A DNA stretch of 63,961 nucleotides, counting the filler, from a bacterium (GTDB lineage: Bacteria > UBA9089 > CG2-30-40-21 > SBAY01): assembly GCA_040757115.1 (NCBI GenBank). It is 8 parts of 8 records of this genome, joined end to end, with 100 filler letters (N's around TTAATTAATTAA, not from the genome) between each part and the next. Parts side by side here need not be neighbours in the genome. Positions count along the whole stretch, not along the records: positions 8,395 to 16,633 come from JBFLYA010000167.1; positions 16,734 to 24,945 come from JBFLYA010000168.1; 6 more parts are not named here. One strand, written 5' to 3'. Below, in pieces: positions 10,090 to 19,921 of the stretch. The translations under genes and the position numbers were made by a program. How positions within the stretch are numbered: the first letter of the stretch is position 1; every line of letters starts with the position of its first letter. The notes beneath the pieces were generated by a model. The model saw nothing but the letters and a program-made list of their open reading frames with translations, searched no databases and was not told the origin of the DNA.

Positions 10090-11160
10090 ATGAAAAAACT
10101 GGTGAAAATTTTAGAGATAGTGTCCTATTCTCCGCCAAGAACCGGCTGGAGCACACGGGTTGAGTATCTTAAAAAACAACTTTTAGAAATGGGCTATGAA
10201 TGTCAAATATTAAATATTAGCTCTGAAAGTAGAAGGATTAAAAGTGATGAATATATTGATGTTCAAAATGGAAGAGATTATATATTTAAATTAGGTAAAT
10301 TTTGCCTATCAGGTTACAGGGTTCATATGCATGTAAATGGTCAATCTCCGAAGGGATTTATATTGACACTAATCAGTGAAATTATCGGTCTCGTATTGGG
10401 TAAGGGATGTTTTTTAACATTTCATGGGGGAATAAATCAGCGATATTTTCCTCGTGAAAACAGTTATTGGATACTTCCTCTGATTTCTATTATCTTCAAA
10501 TTACCTAAAAAAATTATTTGCAATGATGAGCGTATAAAAGATAAAATTAGCGAATATGGCATAAACAGAAATAAAATTGTGTCCATTCCCGCCTTTAGCA
10601 AGCAATATTTATCATATAAAGAGACAAAACTACCAGAAGATTTAGAGATATTTATCCATCAACACGAGCCTATTTTATCTTCGTATGTTTTTGACCGACC
10701 TCAATTTTATATTCCAACAACTCTACAGGCAATTAAAAAGTTGGTAACGAACTATCCCGACTTAGGTTTAATATTTGTTGGGACGAGTGAATATTCACAA
10801 GATACTCTAAATCTTATTCAAACTCTAAATTTAGAAAAGAATATATTTTTATGTAAGAATTTAGAGCATAATGAATTCTTAACCTTATTAAGTAAGTCAA
10901 AGATATGTATAAGAAGTTATGAATGGGATGGTGTCTGCTCGTCAGTATTACAGGCACTATCTCTTAAAATTCCCGTCATAGGTTGTGAAAATCCTCTTAG
11001 ACCTAAAGGTGTTGTTTTATTTAAAACTGGAGATGAAAATTCTCTGGCTGAAAAAATTGAGTATATCTTAAAAAATTATGATGAGGTAAAAGAAAATATA
11101 CAGTTACCTGAAATTAAGGACACGGTTTCTACGGAGGTAAAATTATTAACTTCAATCTAA
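10090..11160 (+). CDS. Glycosyltransferase family 4 protein
   Basis: YSPPRTGWSTRV, TFHGG, DGVCSSVLQALSLKIPVI. Confidence 0.8.
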   Translation: MKKLVKILEIVSYSPPRTGWSTRVEYLKKQLLEMGYECQILNISSESRRIKSDEYIDVQNGRDYIFKLGKFCLSGYRVHMHVNGQSPKGFILTLISEIIGLVLGKGCFLTFHGGINQRYFPRENSYWILPLISIIFKLPKKIICNDERIKDKISEYGINRNKIVSIPAFSKQYLSYKETKLPEDLEIFIHQHEPILSSYVFDRPQFYIPTTLQAIKKLVTNYPDLGLIFVGTSEYSQDTLNLIQTLNLEKNIFLCKNLEHNEFLTLLSKSKICIRSYEWDGVCSSVLQALSLKIPVIGCENPLRPKGVVLFKTGDENSLAEKIEYILKNYDEVKENIQLPEIKDTVSTEVKLLTSI

Positions 11161-11313
11161 ATAATAATAAATCTTATAAATTTGCCTGAATGGATACTTT
11201 CTGTCTCCTCTTATCCCCTCCCACACCTCTTTTAAAAAACCTTTTTCTAATAAAATATAATAGAATCTTTGTGGTTTTTCTATAGTCTTAACTAATTTAG
11301 CCTTCAACGGCAT

Positions 11314-11949
11314 TTATCTCTTTCTTCTTTCAGTTTCGGTGAGGATTTCAATTAATCTTGCGGTATAAATTCTAAATTCCTCTCCAATAGTATTTACCTT
11401 AATGATAAAATAATTATAGGCAGCTACGGCAATAATCGCTACAAATAATCCTCCAGCAGTGGCGACTAAAGCCTCAGATATACCTCCAGCAACAACATCT
11501 ATTCCTCCGGTACCAGTTAGACCAATATTATGAAATGCACGAATAATCCCTAATACAGTGCCAAATAGTCCAATAAAAGGAGCGATACTTCCAATCGTTC
11601 CCAGCATCCAGATATACCTTTTTAAATCGAGTGATTCTTCTATCCTGATACGGTCTAAACCCTCGATAATCTCATCCTTACTCCGGTCATATCTTAACAA
11701 CCCTTCTTTAAAGATAAGAGGAAGTGGTCCTGGAACCATCTCACAAAGATTTATTGCCTCCATAACATTACCTTTGAGAATACTATTTTGAATCTTATAT
11801 AAGAGTTCTTCAACATCTATATTTATTTTTCTAAAACTCCACATCCGTTCAATAATAATTGCCAGGATAAGAATCGAGCAAAGTCCTAATGGAATCATTG
11901 CAATTCCACCTTTAAAGATAATATCTAATAAAGTTTCATTTGCAAACAT
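11314..11949 (-). CDS. MotA/TolQ/ExbB proton channel protein
   Basis: LGTIGSIAPFIGLFGTVLGII, GISEALVATAGGLFVAI. Confidence 0.93.
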   Translation of the reverse strand: MFANETLLDIIFKGGIAMIPLGLCSILILAIIIERMWSFRKINIDVEELLYKIQNSILKGNVMEAINLCEMVPGPLPLIFKEGLLRYDRSKDEIIEGLDRIRIEESLDLKRYIWMLGTIGSIAPFIGLFGTVLGIIRAFHNIGLTGTGGIDVVAGGISEALVATAGGLFVAIIAVAAYNYFIIKVNTIGEEFRIYTARLIEILTETERRKR

Positions 11950-12016
11950 TATGGTTAACCTCCTCTTTATTTGGTAACTGCTGAATGGTAATTAGTTACC
12001 ATATTATTAGGTTATA

Positions 12017-12192
12017 TATACCCAAATAAATTGAGTTTGCAAATATTTTGCTCTACTCTAAAAAGGGATCAAGGATTCGAGGGGTCAAGGATTCAAGGGA
12101 GGTGAAAAATAAGGTGTTCACTCGACCCCTGATTCCTTGATCCCTTGAATCCTTTCAAGGAAGTTTTTGCAAACCTGTTTTCTTTGAGTATA
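12017..12192. mobile_element. TIR element with 8-nt periodic inverted arms
   Basis: ATACCCAAATAAA..TTTGCAAA / TTTGCAAA..TTTCTTTGAGTAT ends; GGATTCAA / TTGAATCC arms. Confidence 0.6.
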
Positions 12193-12205
12193 AAACAAAT
12201 AGGAT

Positions 12206-13588
12206 TTATAGATTTATTGTAATCTTTGCCGATAGTTTTTTCTTTTTATACCAATCGTCTAATGCCATTTCTTTCTTTTTTTTAAGAATATCCTGTCTAA
12301 TCTTTTCTTTTTCTTTAGAATATTTTATTTCATCAATCTGTTTTTCTATCAATTGAGCGATTAAAAAGCCTGACCATATCTTAATCGGCTGACTTATCTG
12401 GTCTTGTTTTAAATTGAATATCTCCTCTATCTCCGGGAAATAACCTAATTCTGAAACAGGTTGTTGATGTCCGAAAGATTCAGTTTCCTTTATCTCTAAA
12501 GAATACTCTGTAGCGACAGTTCCAAACCCTTGCGTTATTTTACTATAAATTTCATCTGTTTTTGATTTTGCTATTTTTTCTGCCTCTTGTCTTATTTTTT
12601 GATGATGAATTGTATTTTTAATCCCTTCGCTCGCCTCAGATAGCGGAATAGTGCGGGCTTGTCTTTTGTCTTCAAGTTTAATGATATGGAATCCAAATTG
12701 GGTTTCGACAATATCGCTTATTTCACCTAATTTTAAGTTAAAAGCGGCATCTTCGAATGGTTTAACCATTTGTCCCCGGCTAAAGAAATTTAAATCTCCA
12801 CCTTGATTTTTAGATGGGCAGGCAGAATATTTCATAGCTAATTCTTCAAAACTGCCACCTGCTTTTATCTCTTTTAAAATATCTTCAATCTTTGCTTTTG
12901 CCTCTTTTTTATTGTTTTCGGGTTTTATCAAGATGTGTCTTGCTCTGACTTGTTCAGGTTGTTGATAATCAGTGAGGTGCCTGCGGTAATAATCTTCAAT
13001 CTCCGTGTCGGTAATGGTGCCAGCATCGATTTTATCTTCTTCAAATTTTATCAGGACATATCTTATCCGAATCTTCTCGTTAATGGTGCAAAATTCTTTT
13101 CTTATCTCCTCTTCCGAAACCTTAACTGCATTTTTTATTCGTTCCTCTAATTTAGTTCGCATAAGGATTTTGCGCTGTCGTTCATAGATCTTACTCCAGT
13201 CAATTTCAGGATTAGCTAATGCCAAACGATATTTTGTTTCATCAAACTTGCCTTTAGCATCTTTAAACTGTGGGCTCTTTTTTATGCTTTCGTCAAGCTC
13301 TTTTTCTGTTACCTTGATAACTTTTTCTGCCTCTTGAGAAAGTAATGCATCACGGATTAAACCTTCAATTACTATATTTTTTAATGCTTCCTCCCATTCC
13401 TGCGGGAATTTGCCATATTTCTGTTTATATAAATCACGGTGGTAATCAAAAGCCATTTTATATTGAGCATAAGTAAATTTTGTTTCATTAACCGTAATGA
13501 CCACCTGAGAAAGAGGTATCTCCTTAGATTCTATTTTTAAACAACATAAGATTAAAAACAAGATAATGAAAAGAGTAATTTTTTTCAT
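12206..13588 (-). CDS. SurA/PpiD-like parvulin peptidyl-prolyl isomerase
   Basis: Signal peptide MKKITLF, VRARHILIK, GGDLNFF.RGQMVKPFE, TQFGFHII. Confidence 0.9.
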   Translation of the reverse strand: MKKITLFIILFLILCCLKIESKEIPLSQVVITVNETKFTYAQYKMAFDYHRDLYKQKYGKFPQEWEEALKNIVIEGLIRDALLSQEAEKVIKVTEKELDESIKKSPQFKDAKGKFDETKYRLALANPEIDWSKIYERQRKILMRTKLEERIKNAVKVSEEEIRKEFCTINEKIRIRYVLIKFEEDKIDAGTITDTEIEDYYRRHLTDYQQPEQVRARHILIKPENNKKEAKAKIEDILKEIKAGGSFEELAMKYSACPSKNQGGDLNFFSRGQMVKPFEDAAFNLKLGEISDIVETQFGFHIIKLEDKRQARTIPLSEASEGIKNTIHHQKIRQEAEKIAKSKTDEIYSKITQGFGTVATEYSLEIKETESFGHQQPVSELGYFPEIEEIFNLKQDQISQPIKIWSGFLIAQLIEKQIDEIKYSKEKEKIRQDILKKKKEMALDDWYKKKKLSAKITINL

Positions 13589-13642
13589 TTCAATGATTAA
13601 GTATAACAAAAGAGGTGAATAAAGTCAAGTAAAAAAAATCCC

Positions 13643-13974
13643 TATGCGATTTATACAAGGGTATCAACTGATAACCAAACCGAAAAGGATTTCTCCTCTT
13701 GTGAAGCTCGGGAGGAAAAGATAAAGGTTTTTTGTTAAGAGCCAGAATAACTGGGAAGTTTTTAAGGAGAATAAAGAAAATGTGACTTCCGTTTCTATTT
13801 CCGAAAATCCCCAATTCGTATTGTTCAAAATGGCTCCCCACTCTTGACGATAGACGAACTTCATATTTTGCCGAAACAATCATCCTGCTGATAAAAATGT
13901 TCAAATATCGCAGGAAAGGCACAATCATCGTCTTCGGCGAACCTTTACCAGATAAGTCAGTGCAAAAAAAATAA
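13643..13974 (+). pseudogene. Large serine recombinase remnant (N-terminus joined to a C-terminal/att region)
   Basis: YAIYTRVSTDNQTEKDFSSCEAREEKIK; then, in the +1 frame, WLPTLDDRRT starting at the tRNA-end copy TGGCTCCCC. Confidence 0.75.
13831..13839 (-). repeat. Putative att core: copy of the tRNA-Asn 3' end (GGGGAGCCA)
   Basis: TGGCTCCCC identical to 16375-16383. Confidence 0.6.
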
Positions 13975-14002
13975 AAAGCACATTTAAAACTCAATATTTC
14001 TT

Positions 14003-14674
14003 TTAACCTGTAAAATTAATCTTGTGAATCGGTTTAATAATGTTTAAATCCAACATTACTTTCGCTTTACGTGGACTTCCGTTTTTATTTCTAAATCCTT
14101 CCATGAAAGTTCCAAGATTTTCGCCTAACTTTTTGTCTATTTCAATAATCCAGATTTCTTCCAATGTGAACTTAGTCTTACGCAGGCGAGAAGAAGCACC
14201 ACGGGCTATTCTCTCTTCTTCATATTCCGATAACCCGCCCTTAAGTTTATCATGCCAGAGTTGAAAACTCCTATTTTCATCGTTAAAAACAGCATAACCT
14301 ATCCCCAAGATGAAACCAGCTGCACCACAATTCTCAATTGCTTGGAGGGTTGCTCTCCTATCAGTACCAGGAATTTTGCGAGTTTGTTGTCCCTGAGGAT
14401 TTTGACGAATATGGGCCTTAAAATCCCAAGGAATTTCCGCAAATGCATCAAAATCAGCGAAACCATACCTCTGTCTTGAAAAATCAAACAGCTGCGTAGG
14501 TTTCAAGTATTGTTCACACAGCTCTTGAAATCGCCAACCAATCCATTCCGTTTGTTTCAAATATTGGCTGTTAGTATTCTTCCAATCTAAATAAACTTGA
14601 CGAGCATCCCATTTATTAGACATTTGTGATAACGCTCTAATGATTTTATTTAATAATTGTTGTGATATTATCAT
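14003..14674 (-). CDS. Putative type II restriction endonuclease
   Basis: Overlaps the MTase stop; EW.GW.FQ and DFDAF..PWDFKAH (PD-(D/E)XK-like). Confidence 0.65.
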   Translation of the reverse strand: MIISQQLLNKIIRALSQMSNKWDARQVYLDWKNTNSQYLKQTEWIGWRFQELCEQYLKPTQLFDFSRQRYGFADFDAFAEIPWDFKAHIRQNPQGQQTRKIPGTDRRATLQAIENCGAAGFILGIGYAVFNDENRSFQLWHDKLKGGLSEYEEERIARGASSRLRKTKFTLEEIWIIEIDKKLGENLGTFMEGFRNKNGSPRKAKVMLDLNIIKPIHKINFTG

Positions 14675-16323
14675 AATATGGCAATAACCGAATTATTATG
14701 TAAATGTTTAAATGCAGGAGTAAATCTTGGGAAAATCTTTTGATTTATTTCTTCTATCAGATCTACATTATGTTTCACATTTTCATTGTTTTTACCCGCA
14801 TTTTTCTTGACTACACGGTTTGTAAGCTCTGATTGCTCAAGCTTTGAAATAAGTATTGGGTCAACAGGAATGTTGTTCGGAACTGGTAATGAGAGTAGAG
14901 TTTTTTCTGAAATCGTCATACCACCATCATTAATACGCCACCACCAATAAGCAAAACTGCTGTTTAGTAGGAGATATGCCATATCATATTCTTGTTTATT
15001 ATAAAAATACAAAATCCTGAAGGAGGAACGATTCACTTCTTTTCGCAATGCAGAAATAAAATATCGTGGTGTTGATGGGATAACAAGTTTATATGGAGTT
15101 GGATGGGAAGAGACAAGATATGCTAAACATTTTTTTGTCTTACTTAATTCGTTGTACAATGGCAAAAGTTCTTTTTGAATCTTGGGGAAAATATCTGATA
15201 TCGCTTCTACATTTGTTAAATAATCATCAATATGCTCCAGCATTTTGGCACGCTCTTTTGTGCGCCATCGCAATAAGGGGGTAATTCTAAAAGAACGAGA
15301 TTTGTTTTCTGCTTTGGCTACAATAATACCTGCTCTTATACTATTGACTTTGTTTGTATTAGTTGACCCAAATTTAAAACCTCTAAATATAGTGTCGGGA
15401 ACATTATCAAAACAATAAGTTGAAATGTCTCTCATATTGGTAAGCAGTAATTGACGTAAAGTCCTGAATCTTTGTCCGTGCGTAAAAGTTTGTGGCGAAA
15501 TTGAAACAAATCCTTTTGATAACTTTATAACCCGTTCTAAAAAGTAGGCATATAAATTCCGTGACTCGGCACTTTCAAACCGATTATCAGATTCAACTTC
15601 TACATATGGTGGATTTAGAATAGCAAAATCAAATGCCGGGAGATTAGATGAAAAAAGGAAATCTGCAGAGATAAAACGAGGTGCTATATCAAGAAATAAA
15701 CTTTTTGATTTATTTTGAAATGATAGTGTGAATAAAGTACGCGCAATAAATAATGCCAGAGCATCTTTGTCAATCAAATAAAGTTGATTGCTTAAAAAAC
15801 TCTCAGGATTTTCTTGCAATTTAACCAACCAAAAAGAAAGATTACCCACTCCAGAACATGGGTCAACCCAAATTTTACCCCTTGGGAAAGAAAGGGTTTT
15901 TTTAGCCATCACTTGAGCGACATCATCAGGAGTAAAATATTGCCCTTCTTGTTTTCTTCTATCTCTATTAAAGTATGATAAAGAGTATTCATAAAGCGTT
16001 GCTATTTCTCCAATTGAAATAGAATCAAGTATATCTGAATCCTGGATGCTTGCGTTAGAAAACTCTTTTTGTTTCAAAAGATAATCAAAGTGAGGTTGAT
16101 GGAGTTTATAGATATGGGTGGCTAAAATTGAATACCAGGCATTATCAACCCCAAACTTATCTATTAGGATATTTAATTTTTGAATTGCCAATTTAGAAAT
16201 ATTTTTCTGCTTTGACTCTCCTGTTTTGTCAATATAAGGCTGATAAACCAGTGCTGGGAACAGATTCTCTTTTACAAAAAGAGGTTTCTTTCTTTTTTGT
16301 TTATATTTTACTTTCGTTTTCAT
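14671..16323 (-). CDS. N6-adenine DNA methyltransferase
   Basis: GQYFTP, DPCSGVG, NPPY motifs. Confidence 0.9.
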   Translation of the reverse strand: MKTKVKYKQKRKKPLFVKENLFPALVYQPYIDKTGESKQKNISKLAIQKLNILIDKFGVDNAWYSILATHIYKLHQPHFDYLLKQKEFSNASIQDSDILDSISIGEIATLYEYSLSYFNRDRRKQEGQYFTPDDVAQVMAKKTLSFPRGKIWVDPCSGVGNLSFWLVKLQENPESFLSNQLYLIDKDALALFIARTLFTLSFQNKSKSLFLDIAPRFISADFLFSSNLPAFDFAILNPPYVEVESDNRFESAESRNLYAYFLERVIKLSKGFVSISPQTFTHGQRFRTLRQLLLTNMRDISTYCFDNVPDTIFRGFKFGSTNTNKVNSIRAGIIVAKAENKSRSFRITPLLRWRTKERAKMLEHIDDYLTNVEAISDIFPKIQKELLPLYNELSKTKKCLAYLVSSHPTPYKLVIPSTPRYFISALRKEVNRSSFRILYFYNKQEYDMAYLLLNSSFAYWWWRINDGGMTISEKTLLSLPVPNNIPVDPILISKLEQSELTNRVVKKNAGKNNENVKHNVDLIEEINQKIFPRFTPAFKHLHNNSVIAIL

Positions 16324-16374
16324 CTTTTACCCCAAATTTATATGTAAAGCTCAGGTTCGTTTGAGCGTCAAGTC

Positions 16375-16449
16375 TGGCTCCCCGGGTAGGGCTCGAACCT
16401 ACAACCTAGCGGTTAACAGCCGCTCGCTCCACCATTGAGCTACCGAGGA
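16375..16449 (-). tRNA. tRNA-Asn(GTT)
   Basis: TCCTCGGTAGCTCAATGG...GCGGCT-GTT-AACCGC...GGTTCGAGCC...GGGGAGCCA cloverleaf with CCA. Confidence 0.97.
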
Positions 16450-16461
16450 ACCTCTATTAAT

Positions 16462-16490
16462 ATTATACGGGTTAAATAACTACTTGTCAA
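16462..16490 (-). promoter_or_regulatory. Consensus promoter of tRNA-Asn
   Basis: TTGACA-17 bp-TATAAT. Confidence 0.85.
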
Positions 16491-16500
16491 GAAAAATTTT

Positions 16501-16633
16501 CGACCTGTGCGGTTAAATGTAAAATGAAAAATGTAAAATGTATAACTGAAAGGTAATGAGTCTTGCGAAGGAGTGAAATTTCCCATTTTTCATTTCCTAT
16601 TTTACATTTTACATTTATTTTTCCTTTGCGTCT
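16501..16633 (+). mobile_element. Element B, truncated by contig end
   Basis: CGACCTGTGCGGTTAAATGTAAAATG... matches the other B copies. Confidence 0.85.
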
Positions 16634-16973
16634 NNNNNNNNNNNNNNNNNNNNNNNNNNNNNNNNNNNNNNNNNNNNTTAATTAATTAANNNNNNNNNNN
16701 NNNNNNNNNNNNNNNNNNNNNNNNNNNNNNNNNTCGTGGTGAATAGTTACTCATATTGTTTGGAATTTTGAATTTTGGTCATTGGAATTTATTTGTATTT
16801 TGGAATTTGTGATTTGGAATTTTGCCACTTACTCCGCTCTCCTGCAATCTCTAATCTCCCGTTTATAGTTTATCCTTGTTTACCTCATCTTGTTACCCAA
16901 CTTGTGGGTAAGGATTAGACCCCCGCCAGCGGGGGACAACGGCCAATCAATCACTTGAATGGCGACAGAGCAC

Positions 16974-17161
16974 TAGTGTCGTGTTGAACAAATAACGCAC
17001 AGAATTTGATTCTGGTAACTGGTGATTGGTAACTGGTAATTAAATACCGTTCGGCTGATCTCAGGACGAAACTATTTAACCAATTACCAGTTACCAATTA
17101 TCCGTTTGCAGGTTATGAAATCTGATGATACTCCGTGCAAAACTTACTCAACACGACACTA
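16974..17161. mobile_element. TIR element (TAGTGTCGTGTTGA) with GGTAACT 7-mer arms
   Basis: Inverted ends TAGTGTCGTGTTGA / TCAACACGACACTA; related end at about 57565-57591. Confidence 0.7.
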
Positions 17162-17290
17162 TCCTCCTACCTACTTTCTCCCTTCCGCATCCGTCCATAA
17201 GTCTAATAAATCCAAAGCATTACGCCTCTGGCAATTTTTATTTCCATAAGGCAATTTTTATTCACCACAGAAGTTTAGTTATAAATTATG

Positions 17291-17708
17291 GTAACTGTTC
17301 AGGATATAGCCACAGAGTCACAGAGAACACAGAGGGAATATATAACTACGAATGAACACAAATACAAAAAAATTTCCACCTGTGCGGTTAAATGTAAAAT
17401 GGATAATGTAAAATGAAAATGTATAACTGAAAGGTAATGAGTCTTGCGAAGTACTAAAATTTCCCATTTTTCATTTCCTATTTTACATTTTACATTTATT
17501 TTTCCTTTGCGTCTCTGCGATGAATTAGTCTAATCGCACAGGTGGAAAAATTTGTAGTATGAGGCTTTAGCCTCGCTTCTGGCAAGCCAAAAGGCGAACC
17601 TAAAGATTCGCACTACATTTATGGGATGTCAGAGGTTAATTCGTGTGCATTTATGGTTAATTTCCTTAATTCTCTGTGAACTCTGTGCCTCTGTGGTGGA
17701 ACGCTTAC
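17291..17708. mobile_element. Element C (GTAAC-type TIR) with nested element B
   Basis: Perfect TSD AAATTATG; reverse homolog at 37518-37996, partial copy at 49571. Confidence 0.9.
17376..17545 (+). mobile_element. Element B, complete
   Basis: CCACCTGTGCG...CGCACAGGTGG with perfect TSD AAAAATTT. Confidence 0.9.
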
Positions 17709-18520
17709 AAATTATGTTCCTGAAGGAAATTGCTTGCCTTTTTTAAAAACTCTTTTTCTTCTTTAGTCAAACTATCCATTCCTTCGCTGGATATCTTATC
17801 TAATAAGGTATCAATCCGTTCTTTGATAAGACGGACTTCTATCTTTTGGTTTTCTCTCGTTTTCTCTTTTCTCTTATTTTTTGCTTCTGCAATGATTCTT
17901 GTTATTTTTTCCCAACTTAAGATATTCTTCAAATAAAGGTATCCAACTACCATCCCACCTAAATGAGCGAAATGGCCTATGCCATCAGGTGTATGCTTTA
18001 TACAGGCGAAGAACTCAATTATTCCAAAGAGGATAACAAAGTACCTTGCCTTCATTGGAAACAATCCAAAAAGTAATATGATATTATCCGGAAACATCAT
18101 TCCATAAGCGACTAATATGCCAAAAATAGCGGCTGATGCGCCAATTGAAGGGATAGTTGCATTAGGGGATAAAAGGCAGGTGGCTATTCCACCACCGATA
18201 CCTGTTAAGAAGTAGTAGTGAACAAATCTCTTTGTTCCCCAGACTGCCTCGATATTAGTTCCAAACATCCATAAGGCTAACATATTGAAGAGGATATGAA
18301 AAACATCCCCATGTAAAAACATATAGGTAAAGATTTGCCACAGCATAAATTCATGAAAAACTCGTATCGGAATTAATCCCAAAAAACCAATAAGTTGATT
18401 TAAGAAAAATAATTGGAGTATGAATATAATTCCATTAACGATAATCAGTTTTTTTACTCCAGAAGTCAATCGATAACCAAATCCTGTTTGATAATAATAT
18501 GGATACATACACCTTACCAT
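17705..18520 (-). CDS. Rhomboid family intramembrane serine protease
   Basis: WQIFTYMFLH, HILFNM, GASAA, AHLGG; C-terminal IDTLLDKIS helical domain. Confidence 0.93.
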   Translation of the reverse strand: MVRCMYPYYYQTGFGYRLTSGVKKLIIVNGIIFILQLFFLNQLIGFLGLIPIRVFHEFMLWQIFTYMFLHGDVFHILFNMLALWMFGTNIEAVWGTKRFVHYYFLTGIGGGIATCLLSPNATIPSIGASAAIFGILVAYGMMFPDNIILLFGLFPMKARYFVILFGIIEFFACIKHTPDGIGHFAHLGGMVVGYLYLKNILSWEKITRIIAEAKNKRKEKTRENQKIEVRLIKERIDTLLDKISSEGMDSLTKEEKEFLKKASNFLQEHNL

Positions 18521-18716
18521 CCTTTTGTATTCACTTTATGTATAGCAGTTATTAATCAAAACTTTACTTAGAATGGATAGAGCCCAATTTTTCGACCTGT
18601 GCGGTTAGAAATTACAAGCAAATTTCCTCAAACCTGAAAGGTTTGACTTTTACATAACCGTAGATAAAATCTACGGAGAGAACCCCTGCTTACTACTCAA
18701 CCCTGAAAGGGTTGAA

Positions 18717-18848
18717 TTCTAACGATAAAGTTCAGGTGCGGCGGGGAGAATTACCACAAAAGTTTGATAGCAAGATAAAACTTTGAGAGACCACAAAACT
18801 CTGACCACGGCACAGTCCCCCGCCGTCCGCTGCAACGATTTGTTAGGC
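18717..18848 (-). mobile_element. Integron attC site (132-bp type)
   Basis: Minus strand GCCTAAC-AAATC-GTTGCAGC...CCTGAAC-TTTATC-GTTAGAA with GCGGGG/CCCCGC stem. Confidence 0.88.
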
Positions 18849-18898
18849 AAAAGATTCCCTCCGCCGTCTTTTCTTCCTCTTCTGAGTTGCTTCCCTTC

Positions 18899-19921
18899 TT
18901 AATAATTTAGTATTGTGTCCCCAGAATTCCCAGAATTCCCACTGATTTGTCTCTCATATGGGCCAAGGAACCGCTCACCGTTGAAATGAATGATATGGCT
19001 TGGCGCCTCAGCGATCCAGACTTCGGTCTCCCACGCGATATCAGAAATGAATTTCGTCATAGCTCGTCGAGAGAGAAAAGCAGTCACAAAGACCAGCCCC
19101 GCCGTAGTATCTTTAAATAACTCTTTTAACTCATTGTGTCGCTTTAGACCAATAGGTCCGTGGCTTGTAACAGCTTCGATAAGGACAAGCCAATTCTTCT
19201 TCGGTAAATGAACAATAACATCAGGCATCTTCCCGTGTTCATCCAACATCAGTCCAAGATTGAAGAGATAGTCCTTCTCTACATGTCGCTGCTTGTTGCC
19301 TGTGTCGCCAACATAGATCAGTACCCCTCCAGGAGCAAATCTTGGACAAAACTCCTCAATAATTCTTCTGATAAGCTCGTTCTGACCACCAACCGTCAGC
19401 TTTAGTTGTTGACCATCGGGGAGATTAACTGGAATCAGATCCATTTGACGCTCCCTTGGTTCAAGCCGACGAAGCGACTCAGAGTTGTTTATGAAATTCT
19501 TCAGAGAATCATTCCACGAGTGGGAACCATACCTATGGCAAAGATTCAAGAGCGTCGGTACTACTTGATAGCGGTTATCAGGACTATTCACAGGTCTTGT
19601 AGAATCATCTGGATTCTGTATAACCAAACCCATCTGCACAAATTGGTGAATAGTGAATCGACGCACTGTTTCTCGGGTATTCGGGGCATACTTCTTGCCG
19701 AAATGTTTCTCAAAATAATTCATCATTTCGGTAATACCAAGCATAGGTGCCGTAGCATCTGCCCATCGCTTCCGAGTTGTCATACCCAGTAGAGCAAGAA
19801 GCGTAAGAGCAGAACGCTCGTTCTGCTGTTCTTTTGGAACCTTAATCGACTCGAGGATGTTCAGTGCTTCAGAAACTCTCTTTGCGACTCCCGTAGGTTT
19901 GCTTTGTGATCGATCAGCCAT
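18899..19921 (-). CDS. BsuBI/PstI family type II restriction endonuclease
   Basis: YAPNTRETVRR, HGKMPDV, EAVTSHGP, IAWETEVW, HFNGERFLGPY. Confidence 0.93.
   Translation of the reverse strand: MADRSQSKPTGVAKRVSEALNILESIKVPKEQQNERSALTLLALLGMTTRKRWADATAPMLGITEMMNYFEKHFGKKYAPNTRETVRRFTIHQFVQMGLVIQNPDDSTRPVNSPDNRYQVVPTLLNLCHRYGSHSWNDSLKNFINNSESLRRLEPRERQMDLIPVNLPDGQQLKLTVGGQNELIRRIIEEFCPRFAPGGVLIYVGDTGNKQRHVEKDYLFNLGLMLDEHGKMPDVIVHLPKKNWLVLIEAVTSHGPIGLKRHNELKELFKDTTAGLVFVTAFLSRRAMTKFISDIAWETEVWIAEAPSHIIHFNGERFLGPYERQISGNSGNSGDTILNY

Noticed and set aside
11158-11313. exbD downstream of the exbB-like gene
   Set aside because: Only a short ORF starting MPLKAK with no ExbD TM/Asp motif; cannot be supported.
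13590-13994. 134-aa and 71-aa minus-strand ORFs
   Set aside because: No recognisable motifs; the opposite strand carries the serine recombinase remnant.
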